From a virus: 64,000 nt of DNA. A model generated the notes under the pieces. It did not search any database and was not told the DNA's origin. It was given only the letters and a program-made list of their open reading frames with translations. The stretch lies in the IMG/VR virus record IMGVR_UViG_3300033048_000096; one strand, 5' to 3'. How positions within the stretch are numbered: position 1 is the stretch's first letter; each line of letters starts with the position of its first letter. Position numbers and translations under genes: made by a program. Shown here one piece after another: positions 9,628-18,434 of this stretch.

Positions 9628-11055
9628 TTAAACCTCCTTAAAATATAATCTTTGACCTGCATCGTATATCTTATGCAACTTCTCCGTGTTTATTAGTGAT
9701 TTATCGAAGGTAGACTTCAGATCAGTCCATCTCCAACTTAAAATATCTTTTTCTGCCACAAAACCATTGTTAATTAGAAAATCACCGATCTCATAACGAA
9801 GATCTATCCACGAACTAATCGTAGATATTTCATTATTTTTCTCCAAAAACGAAAGCAGCTTGGAAAAGCCTCCCGCAATTATTACTCCAAGCGCAGAACA
9901 AAATCTTTCAATTTTTAAATGTTTTTTCTTAATTTTATAAGAAATAACACTAACTAGCTCGGAATCATAATATAATCCCATAGCCTCACTTGTGCCTCCT
10001 ATACGTAAACTATTCTCATTTAAAAAAGATAAAGATTTATCCCTACTCACATTTGCGATTTTAACTTCTGATACCTCAATGATTGTGGAGTTACTCATAC
10101 CAATAATAGACTTAATTATCGACGGCTTATTATAAATCTCATCAGACCTAAACTGAAAGATTCGTGAACCAAGCCGTTCATATTTTTTTCTCATATTGAA
10201 ATGGTAATTATTCTCAAGCTTCAATTCTGAGTGCCAATATAATCCGTCAACATTTATGTATGTATTTTCATTTAACTTAAAATCTGGCCTGTATTTTAAC
10301 CCAACCAATCCCTTGTTCCACCTCTTCAGCCCAAATGTATTGCTGAAATACATCTCCAAAGAACTTATTCCATTTTTTGAATCAATATCTAATTCCCTTA
10401 ACCTGCTCTTATCAAGATCCAATAAGTTATCCCACCGATATATTGTGGTGGTAGATACACTTAGCTCTTCTGCCAGCTTTGTAATTGGAATGTTAGATAT
10501 AGTTCTTATATTATTTGATTGTAATATTTTGTCCCTGTGATTAAGCATTAAGCCAGGGTTCTTCACTCCGTATCTATTTTTTAATGTAGAATTAGCTTTC
10601 TCTCTTATTTCATTTGATAACGATGGATGATCAACCCCATACCTCTCACTTAAGGTGATCCTAGCCTTACCCTTAATCTCTTCGCTCTGAAATACATTCT
10701 CTACGCCATACCTCCTTAGGTTCGTAGCTTTCAAGCATTCCTTTATTAAGTTAGAATGCATTGGGGGACTGACTCCATATTTATAACTCAAAGTGTCTTT
10801 GATCTTTTCCTTAACATCTTCGCTCTTAAATGGATTATCAACTCCGTACTTCTCTAGACAAGTCTTCTTTCTTGTTCGTAAAGCAGCCTCATTCTTTTTA
10901 TCTATTGACTTTTTTATTCCAGCCTTATTTAATGCTCTCCTAATTCTTCTCGGAGATACTTTGAACCTCTCAGAGGTGTCCTTTAATGAATTATTTTCAT
11001 TTATGTAAAAAACTACAATACCGCTAAATAACTTATCTGGTATGCTCATTGTCAT
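9628..11055 (-). CDS. putative homing endonuclease: HTH, five 23-aa YGV repeats, second HTH, Vsr/DUF559-like nuclease, GNAT-like C-terminus (Hef-like architecture)
   Basis: SLKDTSERFKVSPRRIRRAL and LAEELSVSTTTIYRW HTHs; RPDF...NVDGLYWH...FRSDE nuclease pattern; IERFCS...GGFSKLL...DLRY...IYDAGQ C-terminal domain. Confidence 0.7.
   Translation of the reverse strand: MTMSIPDKLFSGIVVFYINENNSLKDTSERFKVSPRRIRRALNKAGIKKSIDKKNEAALRTRKKTCLEKYGVDNPFKSEDVKEKIKDTLSYKYGVSPPMHSNLIKECLKATNLRRYGVENVFQSEEIKGKARITLSERYGVDHPSLSNEIREKANSTLKNRYGVKNPGLMLNHRDKILQSNNIRTISNIPITKLAEELSVSTTTIYRWDNLLDLDKSRLRELDIDSKNGISSLEMYFSNTFGLKRWNKGLVGLKYRPDFKLNENTYINVDGLYWHSELKLENNYHFNMRKKYERLGSRIFQFRSDEIYNKPSIIKSIIGMSNSTIIEVSEVKIANVSRDKSLSFLNENSLRIGGTSEAMGLYYDSELVSVISYKIKKKHLKIERFCSALGVIIAGGFSKLLSFLEKNNEISTISSWIDLRYEIGDFLINNGFVAEKDILSWRWTDLKSTFDKSLINTEKLHKIYDAGQRLYFKEV
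10552..10869 (-). repeat. five degenerate 69-bp (23-aa) coding repeats T-x3-[KR]YGV-x-[NPH]
   Basis: KYGVDNP, KYGVSPP, RYGVENV, RYGVDHP, RYGVKNP at 23-residue spacing; boundaries approximate. Confidence 0.85.
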
Positions 11056-12055
11056 AAACTCTCTTCATCTGTTTATATATGCTATCAACCGTCATGTTTG
11101 CGTGCGGAATTAATGAGCCATCCTCACTAAAACTAGATACCTCACAAAGATATTTCGTCTCGTGAGAATTCATGGGCGGAGCATCTGTCGTTACTACAAG
11201 GCACCCAGAAGCGTTCGCCTCAAACAAACTAAGCCCCAAGCCTTCCTTTGATGACGGAGCTACTACACAATCGGTAATTTTATATAAATTAGCTATATCA
11301 TTCCTCGATAGTAGGTTACCATATGTAATAATATTAGTATGCCTATCAATGGTTTTTTTGCTATTTGCGTCATCTATATTTCCGGTAATTAAAAGCTTAA
11401 CATCACTCACTTTATTATTTAATAGCTCAAAAGCTTTAATCACGAGACTCGTGTTTTTAGTGGTGTGGGACGGATTAAGGCTAGCTTGGTGATAAAATGA
11501 AAACACCTTTGATTTAGTTGCTCGATTATCCTCAAAAAATAACTCTCTATCTACGAAATCCCATGAATTCTTATAGACAAGCAAATCATTTTTATAAAAA
11601 ATATCATAAGACTGATCCGTAATCGCCCAAATCTCATCAAATATTTTATATGAACCGTTTTTTATCTTGCTTGGTGATACCCACTCTATCATTGGTATAT
11701 CAATTATCTTTACTCCTGTCTTTATCTTGACTTCATTAATCCACCTGGAAGATTCCATCATTGTCTCCATGGATATAATCAAATCAGCATCATAATCCCT
11801 TGCAGCATCAACGATCTGTGACCCAGAACTTAAGCCGGATTTGAATTGATAAAATAGCTTTCTGTGATCCACGATTCCTTCGAGATACGTTCTGACATAT
11901 CTTCGCTCCCTCTTTATGAACTTTGACTTAGGAATAAACATCACTTGATGCCCATCTTTAATTAGCTTTTTATAAAGACTTAAGCCTAGGTACCATAATC
12001 CTGACTCATGCGCATATGTTTTAATCAGGATTTTCTTCGGTGCTCCTAAGTTCAT
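11033..12055 (-). CDS. GT-B (GT4-like) glycosyltransferase
   Basis: DCVVAPSSKEGLGLSLFEANASGCLVVTTD (E-x7-E motif). Confidence 0.85.
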   Translation of the reverse strand: MNLGAPKKILIKTYAHESGLWYLGLSLYKKLIKDGHQVMFIPKSKFIKRERRYVRTYLEGIVDHRKLFYQFKSGLSSGSQIVDAARDYDADLIISMETMMESSRWINEVKIKTGVKIIDIPMIEWVSPSKIKNGSYKIFDEIWAITDQSYDIFYKNDLLVYKNSWDFVDRELFFEDNRATKSKVFSFYHQASLNPSHTTKNTSLVIKAFELLNNKVSDVKLLITGNIDDANSKKTIDRHTNIITYGNLLSRNDIANLYKITDCVVAPSSKEGLGLSLFEANASGCLVVTTDAPPMNSHETKYLCEVSSFSEDGSLIPHANMTVDSIYKQMKRVYDNEHTR

Positions 12056-12749
12056 TTAATATCTCCCGTCCTCTTGCTTCTTGTTTGATTTCATTTAAAT
12101 TCTTAATATGATTCTTTTGTATATTGGCACGCTGCGTAAGAGAATCTCCCCCGGGAATTATTCGGTAAAAATATAAAATATCATCAATGTAAGTTATTGG
12201 AAATTTTTGAGAAATCTTAACCCACATATCATAGTCTTCGCAGATCCAATACTTCTCATTAAACCCACCTACGCTCAAGAAGGCTTCGCGGCTAATTGTT
12301 ACACTACCTGAAGCTACTAAGTTTTGCTTCATTAATGACTCATAGGTTATGGATACCGGTTTCTTGTAGAATTGACGTTTTAGTCTTCCATTAACTAAAA
12401 TTCTGTAGTTCCCGCAAGTCATTCCTATATCAGGCGTTTTTATAAATTCCCTGACAGAAAGCGCTACTTTGTTTGGTTTCATTACGTCGTCGTCATCTAA
12501 GAAACTTATTAAGTCGCCAGATGTATTATTAATCCCAAAATTCCTAGCACCTCCAGGGCCTAAATTTTTAGGAGTTTTAAGCATGTTAATATTAGGGTAC
12601 ATATCAATAAGATAATCAAGACTCTTGTCAGAACAATCATCGATAACTGTAAGGTTTACTTTGTTGTAAGTTTGAGCCAAGCAACTCTCTATCGCTTTTT
12701 CGATGTTCTTGTCAGGATTATGCGCTGGCATTATAATATCTACACTCAT
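12021..12749 (-). CDS. GT2 family glycosyltransferase
   Basis: SVDIIMPAHN, IDDCS, GPGGARNFG, FLDDDD, EDYDMW; start moved to MSVDII. Confidence 0.92.
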   Translation of the reverse strand: MSVDIIMPAHNPDKNIEKAIESCLAQTYNKVNLTVIDDCSDKSLDYLIDMYPNINMLKTPKNLGPGGARNFGINNTSGDLISFLDDDDVMKPNKVALSVREFIKTPDIGMTCGNYRILVNGRLKRQFYKKPVSITYESLMKQNLVASGSVTISREAFLSVGGFNEKYWICEDYDMWVKISQKFPITYIDDILYFYRIIPGGDSLTQRANIQKNHIKNLNEIKQEARGREILNELRSTEENPD

Positions 12750-12750
12750 T

Positions 12751-13710
12751 TTATACGCAATATTCATAAAGATAACCTCCAGTGACTCCGCTAAAATTAG
12801 CTATAAACTTTTTCCAGGAAAACTCAATAGCCCCTTTTGATAAAGATCTGTAAAGAGCGTCATCTTCCATAATTTCCCTAATGGCAGCGCAATAATCAGG
12901 AACAGTACGATTAGTTATTATTCCAGTCCTATAGTTCTCCCCATTTAAATGAATCTTGGGATGAGTGACAGATGGTATTCCTGCGCAAAATTGCTCCGCG
13001 AGGCCCAAACCCATAGTTTCACTTAGTGAGGTAGAGAAGTAAAGATGACAACTCTTTGCAGATTTAATATGTGACATGTAATCATAAGGCTTTGGGTATC
13101 CTATGAATTCAAATTCATACTCCGGCATAGCTTTTTGAACCTCTAGCGCAAATTTAATGTCCTTAACTGATTGCTTAGAATTTCCCTTCCATAAAATCTT
13201 CCCATTATCCTCTTCTATTGGTGCCCATAAATCCCTGTCCGGGCCGATCATTAATACACCCATCTTATCTAAAGGTATTTTATGCTCTCTGGCAATCTTA
13301 AATTTTAAATGCTCATTGGCTGTTAATATATGATCGTATCTAACTTTTGATAAATAACTACTCTCCAAATCGAAACTAACTGTATCAATAACATTCGGAC
13401 CAATTAGCACTTTAATGTACTCCTGCTTGTTCGCTAAATTTACCGCGTACTCAAATAATAGACCCATCCCACTCCAATGGTGTAGAACGAAAGATCTTTT
13501 AATGGCGCTTCTAAGCTCAGATAAATTAGTTAAAGGAATAGTCCCAGGAAAGTTTGAATTCATCTTTGTGAATACATTTACCTTCACTCCACATTTTTTT
13601 AAGTTTTTTACGAAATTAACTAGACACATACCAGGACCATTAACATATCGTCCGGCATTTCCATAATTAAACGCAATTACTGTAATTTCATCTTCTACAA
13701 TCTCATCCAT
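12751..13710 (-). CDS. GT-B (GT4-like) glycosyltransferase
   Basis: STSLSETMGLGLAEQFCAGIP; GGAG RBS. Confidence 0.75.
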   Translation of the reverse strand: MDEIVEDEITVIAFNYGNAGRYVNGPGMCLVNFVKNLKKCGVKVNVFTKMNSNFPGTIPLTNLSELRSAIKRSFVLHHWSGMGLLFEYAVNLANKQEYIKVLIGPNVIDTVSFDLESSYLSKVRYDHILTANEHLKFKIAREHKIPLDKMGVLMIGPDRDLWAPIEEDNGKILWKGNSKQSVKDIKFALEVQKAMPEYEFEFIGYPKPYDYMSHIKSAKSCHLYFSTSLSETMGLGLAEQFCAGIPSVTHPKIHLNGENYRTGIITNRTVPDYCAAIREIMEDDALYRSLSKGAIEFSWKKFIANFSGVTGGYLYEYCV

Positions 13711-13726
13711 TTAAGTCTCCGAAAAA

Positions 13727-14044
13727 TCAACTATGCTTAATAAATACATCTTCCAAAGATTCTTTCCCGCCAAAACCTATAACCCTATCAATCTCCTTGC
13801 CCCCTCGAAATACTATCAAACAAGGGATGCTTGATACGTTATTAGCTTTGGCAACCTCAGGACTGTCAGATACATTAATCTTCGCAACCTTAATCGTGCC
13901 TTCATATTTGCTAGATAAATCATCAAGCAATGGTGACAAAGCTTTACATGGTCCGCACCACTCTGCCCAAAAATCTACAATCGTTATATCACTCGATGAT
14001 ATAGCTTCAGCTATATTATCTGAATTTAAAATCGTTACTGACAT
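13727..14044 (-). CDS. trxA: thioredoxin
   Basis: VDFWAEWCGPCK active site, SIP cis-Pro, 105 aa. Confidence 0.96.
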   Translation of the reverse strand: MSVTILNSDNIAEAISSSDITIVDFWAEWCGPCKALSPLLDDLSSKYEGTIKVAKINVSDSPEVAKANNVSSIPCLIVFRGGKEIDRVIGFGGKESLEDVFIKHS

Positions 14045-14055
14045 ATAACACCCCC

Positions 14056-14268
14056 TCAGTTAATACTGTAAACACTCATTGACATATCTTCGAGTATCAT
14101 TGATATCACCTCAGCCCGTTCGGTAACTCCCATGGACTCAAAATTATCAAACAATTCTTTTGCGAAATCAATCGCAACTGCGTTTCTTATTTCATCGTCC
14201 GTTGATAAATCCTCATACGCTTCCATTATGTTTATTGACTCTTCAAAATCTTCTTTACTCAGAAACAT
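14056..14268 (-). CDS. small acidic hypothetical protein (about 70 aa)
   Basis: Track ORF 14056..14310; start moved to MFLSKE, which has GGAG 9 nt upstream and less overlap. Confidence 0.6.
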   Translation of the reverse strand: MFLSKEDFEESINIMEAYEDLSTDDEIRNAVAIDFAKELFDNFESMGVTERAEVISMILEDMSMSVYSIN

Positions 14269-14419
14269 CTTTGTCATCTCCGTCATCTTGCTCTGATGAA
14301 CTTTCGTCATCTCTAACTAAGTCATCCACGGTATACCTAACCTTATTATCACCAGACGCATTCTTAATGTTATCACCTGACACAAAGACTTTTATTTCAC
14401 CATTTTTCTTTAATGACAT
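14255..14419 (-). CDS. small hypothetical protein (54 aa, acidic tail), absent from the ORF track
   Basis: Hand-translated MSLKKNGEIKVFVSGDNIKNASGDNKVRYTVDDLVRDDESSSEQDDGDDKDVSE*; AGGAG upstream; fills the gap after gmd. Confidence 0.6.
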   Translation of the reverse strand: MSLKKNGEIKVFVSGDNIKNASGDNKVRYTVDDLVRDDESSSEQDDGDDKDVSE

Positions 14420-14422
14420 TAT

Positions 14423-15415
14423 TCACTGCTCCTTTTTAACTTCTAAATCTTCTAGATCATTCAAATACATTTCTTTTAATAGATCTTTCCACGTATACTT
14501 CGGAACCCAACCAAGCTGGGATTTGGCCTTCTCCGGATTACCTCTTAAATATGGCACCTCAGATGGCCGCATAAACCTAGAATCTTTTTCATACACATCT
14601 TCAAATTTTAGATCCGCTAGCTCACAAACGTACTCAAACATTTCCTTGATCGTCGCGCCCGTTCCTGTTGCTATTAAAAAATCATCAGGCTCATCTCTCT
14701 GAAGCATCAAGTGCATGGCTCTGCAATAATCCTTCGCGTGACCCTCATCCCTAAAAGAACTTAAGTCTCCCATCTTTAAAGAATCTGATATGCCTAGCTT
14801 CACGGACGCTATACCTCTGGTTATCTTTCTGGTCGCAAAATCATGACCACGAACCTTCGAAGAGTGATTATGAAGAATTCCGTTGCATGCATATAAATTA
14901 TAGGCCTCCCTGTAGTTTATAACCGCCCAGTAAGCCGCTAACTTAGCAACTCCATATGGAGACCTAGGGTGAAAGCGGGAACGCTCTGTGTAGCCTTCTG
15001 GGGGGCAAGAGACTCCGCCAAATAATTCACTCGTATTAGCTTGGTAATATCTCGTTGATGGTGATATTTTTCTTATTAACTCAAGCTGAGTTATAACTGC
15101 CTCTGCATTTACCTTAAATGTATAGGCCGGCTCAGCAAATGATTGCCCCACATGACTCATCGCTGCTAAGTTGTAAAACTCATGAGGCCTGTGCTTAAGG
15201 ATAATCCCCGATATTAATGTTGCGTCAGTTATGTCTCCATAAACTAATTTAAAGCTCTTATGTTCTAACAGGTGAACTATATTACCTATGCAGGGATCCA
15301 CGCTCTTTCTTCTGGTGATACCTATAACCATGTACCCTTTTCCCAGCAGTAGCTCAGCTAAATGACTGCCGTCTTGGCCAGCTACCCCAGTGATTACCGC
15401 TTTTTTACTGTACAT
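14423..15415 (-). CDS. gmd: GDP-mannose 4,6-dehydratase
   Basis: ITGVAGQDGSHLAELLL, YNLAAMSHV, TSELFG, PRSPYGVAKL, TRKIT, RPSEV. Confidence 0.95.
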   Translation of the reverse strand: MYSKKAVITGVAGQDGSHLAELLLGKGYMVIGITRRKSVDPCIGNIVHLLEHKSFKLVYGDITDATLISGIILKHRPHEFYNLAAMSHVGQSFAEPAYTFKVNAEAVITQLELIRKISPSTRYYQANTSELFGGVSCPPEGYTERSRFHPRSPYGVAKLAAYWAVINYREAYNLYACNGILHNHSSKVRGHDFATRKITRGIASVKLGISDSLKMGDLSSFRDEGHAKDYCRAMHLMLQRDEPDDFLIATGTGATIKEMFEYVCELADLKFEDVYEKDSRFMRPSEVPYLRGNPEKAKSQLGWVPKYTWKDLLKEMYLNDLEDLEVKKEQ

Positions 15416-15860
15416 TCTCGTCCTCCTCTAACAACTTTAAAATATCTTCCTCAGATCTGATGCTTCTAAAGTTATCATGAATGAACTGTTTGAGACCCAG
15501 CAAATTATCATACGAGCTAATCTTGTTTATATTAAATATAACAAAAGTACGCTCCCTTTCAGTAAATATACTATAATCAAAGAATAAATTTTTATCAATA
15601 ACAAAGGCATAGTCTCTGTTAAAAAACAAACTCTCAAGAATTTTTCTCCTAATTTTATTCAGAAACAAAATTCTGGTTAGCATAGATACGTCACTTAACA
15701 ATTCTGAGTTTATATCCAAAAACTCATGCAAACCTATTTTGCAAGCCTCAGTCATACTAACCTTATCTTCTGTGGCCCTTTCAAAAGACTTAAACTTTAT
15801 ATCATAAAATATTTTTCCTGACATTAATACAGATTTTCCATTTCTTTTTATATGATTCAT
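15405..15860 (-). CDS. hypothetical helical protein (shares a motif with the next two upstream genes)
   Basis: Contains SIFTERERTFVIFNINKI; ATGA overlap. Confidence 0.7.
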   Translation of the reverse strand: MNHIKRNGKSVLMSGKIFYDIKFKSFERATEDKVSMTEACKIGLHEFLDINSELLSDVSMLTRILFLNKIRRKILESLFFNRDYAFVIDKNLFFDYSIFTERERTFVIFNINKISSYDNLLGLKQFIHDNFRSIRSEEDILKLLEEDENVQ

Positions 15861-16216
15861 TCAGCACCCTCATCAAACTCAACACCAGATGATTCAAGCA
15901 GAAATTGCCCGACTTCAAGATTAAACTTCCAATAAGGCCATTTTGATATTTCCTTCAGCCTATGCATGTTGAACAATATGAAATCCTTTTCTACTTTTGC
16001 GAACAAATCAGATTCCATTATTTTACTAAATATTTCTTCCTTATTTATGTTTTCAAGATCATTGACTATAGCTATCCACTGATATCCAGCTCTAAGTAAC
16101 TTTTGACTATTCGAACCTTTATATTGGTGATATGGATCTTTCATCATTTTACTCTTAAGGCGCTCAACTTTTGATATCACATCTTCATGCTTATTCGTTG
16201 CTCTCTTGACTGCCAC
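15857..16216 (-). CDS. hypothetical helical protein
   Basis: Contains DLFAKVEKDFILFNMHRL; GTG start. Confidence 0.7.
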   Translation of the reverse strand: MAVKRATNKHEDVISKVERLKSKMMKDPYHQYKGSNSQKLLRAGYQWIAIVNDLENINKEEIFSKIMESDLFAKVEKDFILFNMHRLKEISKWPYWKFNLEVGQFLLESSGVEFDEGAE

Positions 16217-16219
16217 CTT

Positions 16220-16720
16220 CTATAAACCATCACATTCTTCGGCTAATCCCACTAAATCATCAATTGTAATTTTCTCAGACTCAAATGTGCCTTCCCGAAC
16301 TTTATTGATGGAAAACAAAACATTATTTTTTTCATCTTCCGAAAACAAATGAGAGCTCATTACTTTGCCGAATCCGTCTTCGGAGCTTATGTTCTCAATA
16401 TAGTTACTTTTTACCTCATTAACCACTTTAGCTTTTTGCTCCGGGGACAACAAATCTTCCGATAATAACTTTCTAATCGGTTCTATATTTTTGCTGAATC
16501 TTATCTTGTCAAAGTGAATGCTAACTTCATTGCCATTATATCTTGACAGCACATAATTCATCTCATCTCTACTCATATCAGAGTCAGATAATAGCTTTGC
16601 AACTAACTCTTTGTTTATTCCGGAATTTAACTTCTTTTTATGCACCACTGCAGATGCGGAAGCTCTTATGCGCCTAAGCCTCTCACTCTTCTTTGTTTCT
16701 TCTAGCAAAGTGTCTTTCAT
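16220..16720 (-). CDS. hypothetical helical-repeat protein
   Basis: Contains HLFSEDEKNNVLFSINKV plus two weaker internal copies; GAGGT RBS. Confidence 0.72.
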   Translation of the reverse strand: MKDTLLEETKKSERLRRIRASASAVVHKKKLNSGINKELVAKLLSDSDMSRDEMNYVLSRYNGNEVSIHFDKIRFSKNIEPIRKLLSEDLLSPEQKAKVVNEVKSNYIENISSEDGFGKVMSSHLFSEDEKNNVLFSINKVREGTFESEKITIDDLVGLAEECDGL

Positions 16721-16739
16721 AATAACTACCTCAATTAAT

Positions 16740-17447
16740 TTAAATCAATTCAAGAATCTTGATAAGCCGTTGGGCGGAGCTTCGCAGCCAACCCCTGACT
16801 AGCTCTATAATACCGCTAGGCTTAGAAATTTTCACTACTTCTTTCTTTAATTTTTCTAAAATAATCAAGTCAATATTGTCAAGCATCATTTGAACATAAG
16901 TCTTTCTTCCTAAGGGATGTAAGGGATTCCCTAAAGCGTATCCTTTTAAAGCTACCAATCTATCACCCAACCTATCTCTCTCCCTAATCAACTCTTCAAG
17001 TTCACGTGACTCAAGTCTGGAAATAATTGATTTAAAAATAAATAACCGAAAAGGCTCATCAATAAATTCATTATAGGGTCTGGGTTTTATTCCTAAATTA
17101 TCTGAGAATACAAATTTTGAACTATCTTCATGCTTCGGCTCACGCGGAATAACATCAGTTAATATTTTATGTTTGCCATCAGATCCTTCAATTCTTTTAA
17201 GATTAAACTTTTTATTACTAGCCTGACTATTTGACGCTTTAGATGCTTTAGATGCTTTACTTAACTCTATTAACTCCAAGCGAAGTTTTACATCATTTAC
17301 ATTTACTTTAGTATCTGATGAAAGCCTTAACCTCTCTAATCTTTCGCTAGGGTTGTTAGCGATACCAGCTATCTTTGCTTGAAACTCATTCTCTTCGTTA
17401 GTTAAATTCTCATCATTATCTTCGTTCATAATTACTTCGAAAAACAT
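16740..17447 (-). CDS. hypothetical protein (235 aa, charged, partly coiled-coil-like)
   Basis: Co-oriented ORF abutting the epimerase stop (TAAATG). Confidence 0.7.
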   Translation of the reverse strand: MFFEVIMNEDNDENLTNEENEFQAKIAGIANNPSERLERLRLSSDTKVNVNDVKLRLELIELSKASKASKASNSQASNKKFNLKRIEGSDGKHKILTDVIPREPKHEDSSKFVFSDNLGIKPRPYNEFIDEPFRLFIFKSIISRLESRELEELIRERDRLGDRLVALKGYALGNPLHPLGRKTYVQMMLDNIDLIILEKLKKEVVKISKPSGIIELVRGWLRSSAQRLIKILELI

Positions 17448-18383
17448 TTATTGTTTAAGATACCATTCGACAGTCTTTTTCAGCCCTTCATCAAATGGCG
17501 TAACAACTCTGTACCCTAAGACCTCGGCCGCCTTTGTTATGTCAGCTTGCGAACATTTAACATCACCAGCACGAGTGTTAGTGTATATAGCTTCCTTAAC
17601 CCCCATTAGCTCATGAAGCTTATTCACAGTCGTAGTCGTTCCGCAGCCAATATTAAAAGAGTCCCCTTTTAAAACTCCACTATAGTTTGCTGCTAATAAA
17701 TTGGCCGACACAACATTATCAATGTGGCAAAAGTCACGAAATTGGTTACCATCACCATGTATGGTTGGCCTCTCTCCGTTCCTTAAGGCGTTAGCAAACG
17801 AAGATATAACAGATGAATACGGTGAGTCTCCCATTTGGTTAGCCCCAAATACATTGAAATATCTTAAGTTTACTGTCTCTATATCATACAGTTTAGAGAA
17901 CATCTTACAATACTCTTCCCCAACCTTTTTCTGCAAGGCGTATGGCGACTTGGGACTTAATGGAGTTGTCTCGGGAGTTGGTAATACCGCAGAGCCCCCA
18001 TAGATGGATGATGAGGATGAAAATATAAATCTCTTAGTTTTATGCTTGACCGCTAGATCAAGCAAGTTAACCGTTCCATGTATATTTGTTTCGTCAGAAT
18101 CAGTAGGGTTTTCTACGGAGAATGGGATGCCTGACATTGCGGCCAAGTGAAATACAACCTCTGGCTTGAAAATTCTAAACACATCATACATTCCAGATGA
18201 CTGTATATCTCTTTTGTCAAAATAACATTTTGGGTTATTAAAATGATGCCGTATATTATCTCTCCTACCTCGTCTATAGTTATCTATAATAAATACTTCA
18301 TAGCCAGAAGACAAAAGATTTTCAACTAGATGACTCCCTATAAATCCTGCACCACCAGTCACTAACGCTCTTTTGAAACTCAT
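17448..18383 (-). CDS. NAD-dependent nucleotide-sugar epimerase/dehydratase (extended SDR, GalE/WbpP-like)
   Basis: VTGGAGFIGSH, HLAA, SSSSIYG, YALQK (YxxxK), RYFNVFG, GDGNQFRDF. Confidence 0.93.
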   Translation of the reverse strand: MSFKRALVTGGAGFIGSHLVENLLSSGYEVFIIDNYRRGRRDNIRHHFNNPKCYFDKRDIQSSGMYDVFRIFKPEVVFHLAAMSGIPFSVENPTDSDETNIHGTVNLLDLAVKHKTKRFIFSSSSSIYGGSAVLPTPETTPLSPKSPYALQKKVGEEYCKMFSKLYDIETVNLRYFNVFGANQMGDSPYSSVISSFANALRNGERPTIHGDGNQFRDFCHIDNVVSANLLAANYSGVLKGDSFNIGCGTTTTVNKLHELMGVKEAIYTNTRAGDVKCSQADITKAAEVLGYRVVTPFDEGLKKTVEWYLKQ

Positions 18384-18413
18384 GTAATACTCCTCGCTTA
18401 ATTAATATTCGCT

Positions 18414-18426
18414 AGTATATTATACC
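18414..18426 (-). promoter_or_regulatory. putative -10 element GGTATAATATACT upstream of the epimerase
   Basis: Identical 13-mer to 8164-8176; intergenic, followed by GAGGAG RBS. Confidence 0.5.
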
Positions 18427-18434
18427 GTATGCAT

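Noticed and set aside
17233-17259. Short 9-bp tandem repeat (agatgcttt) encoding ASKASKAS
   Set aside because: Only 2-3 in-frame copies in a low-complexity linker; likely slippage without significance.
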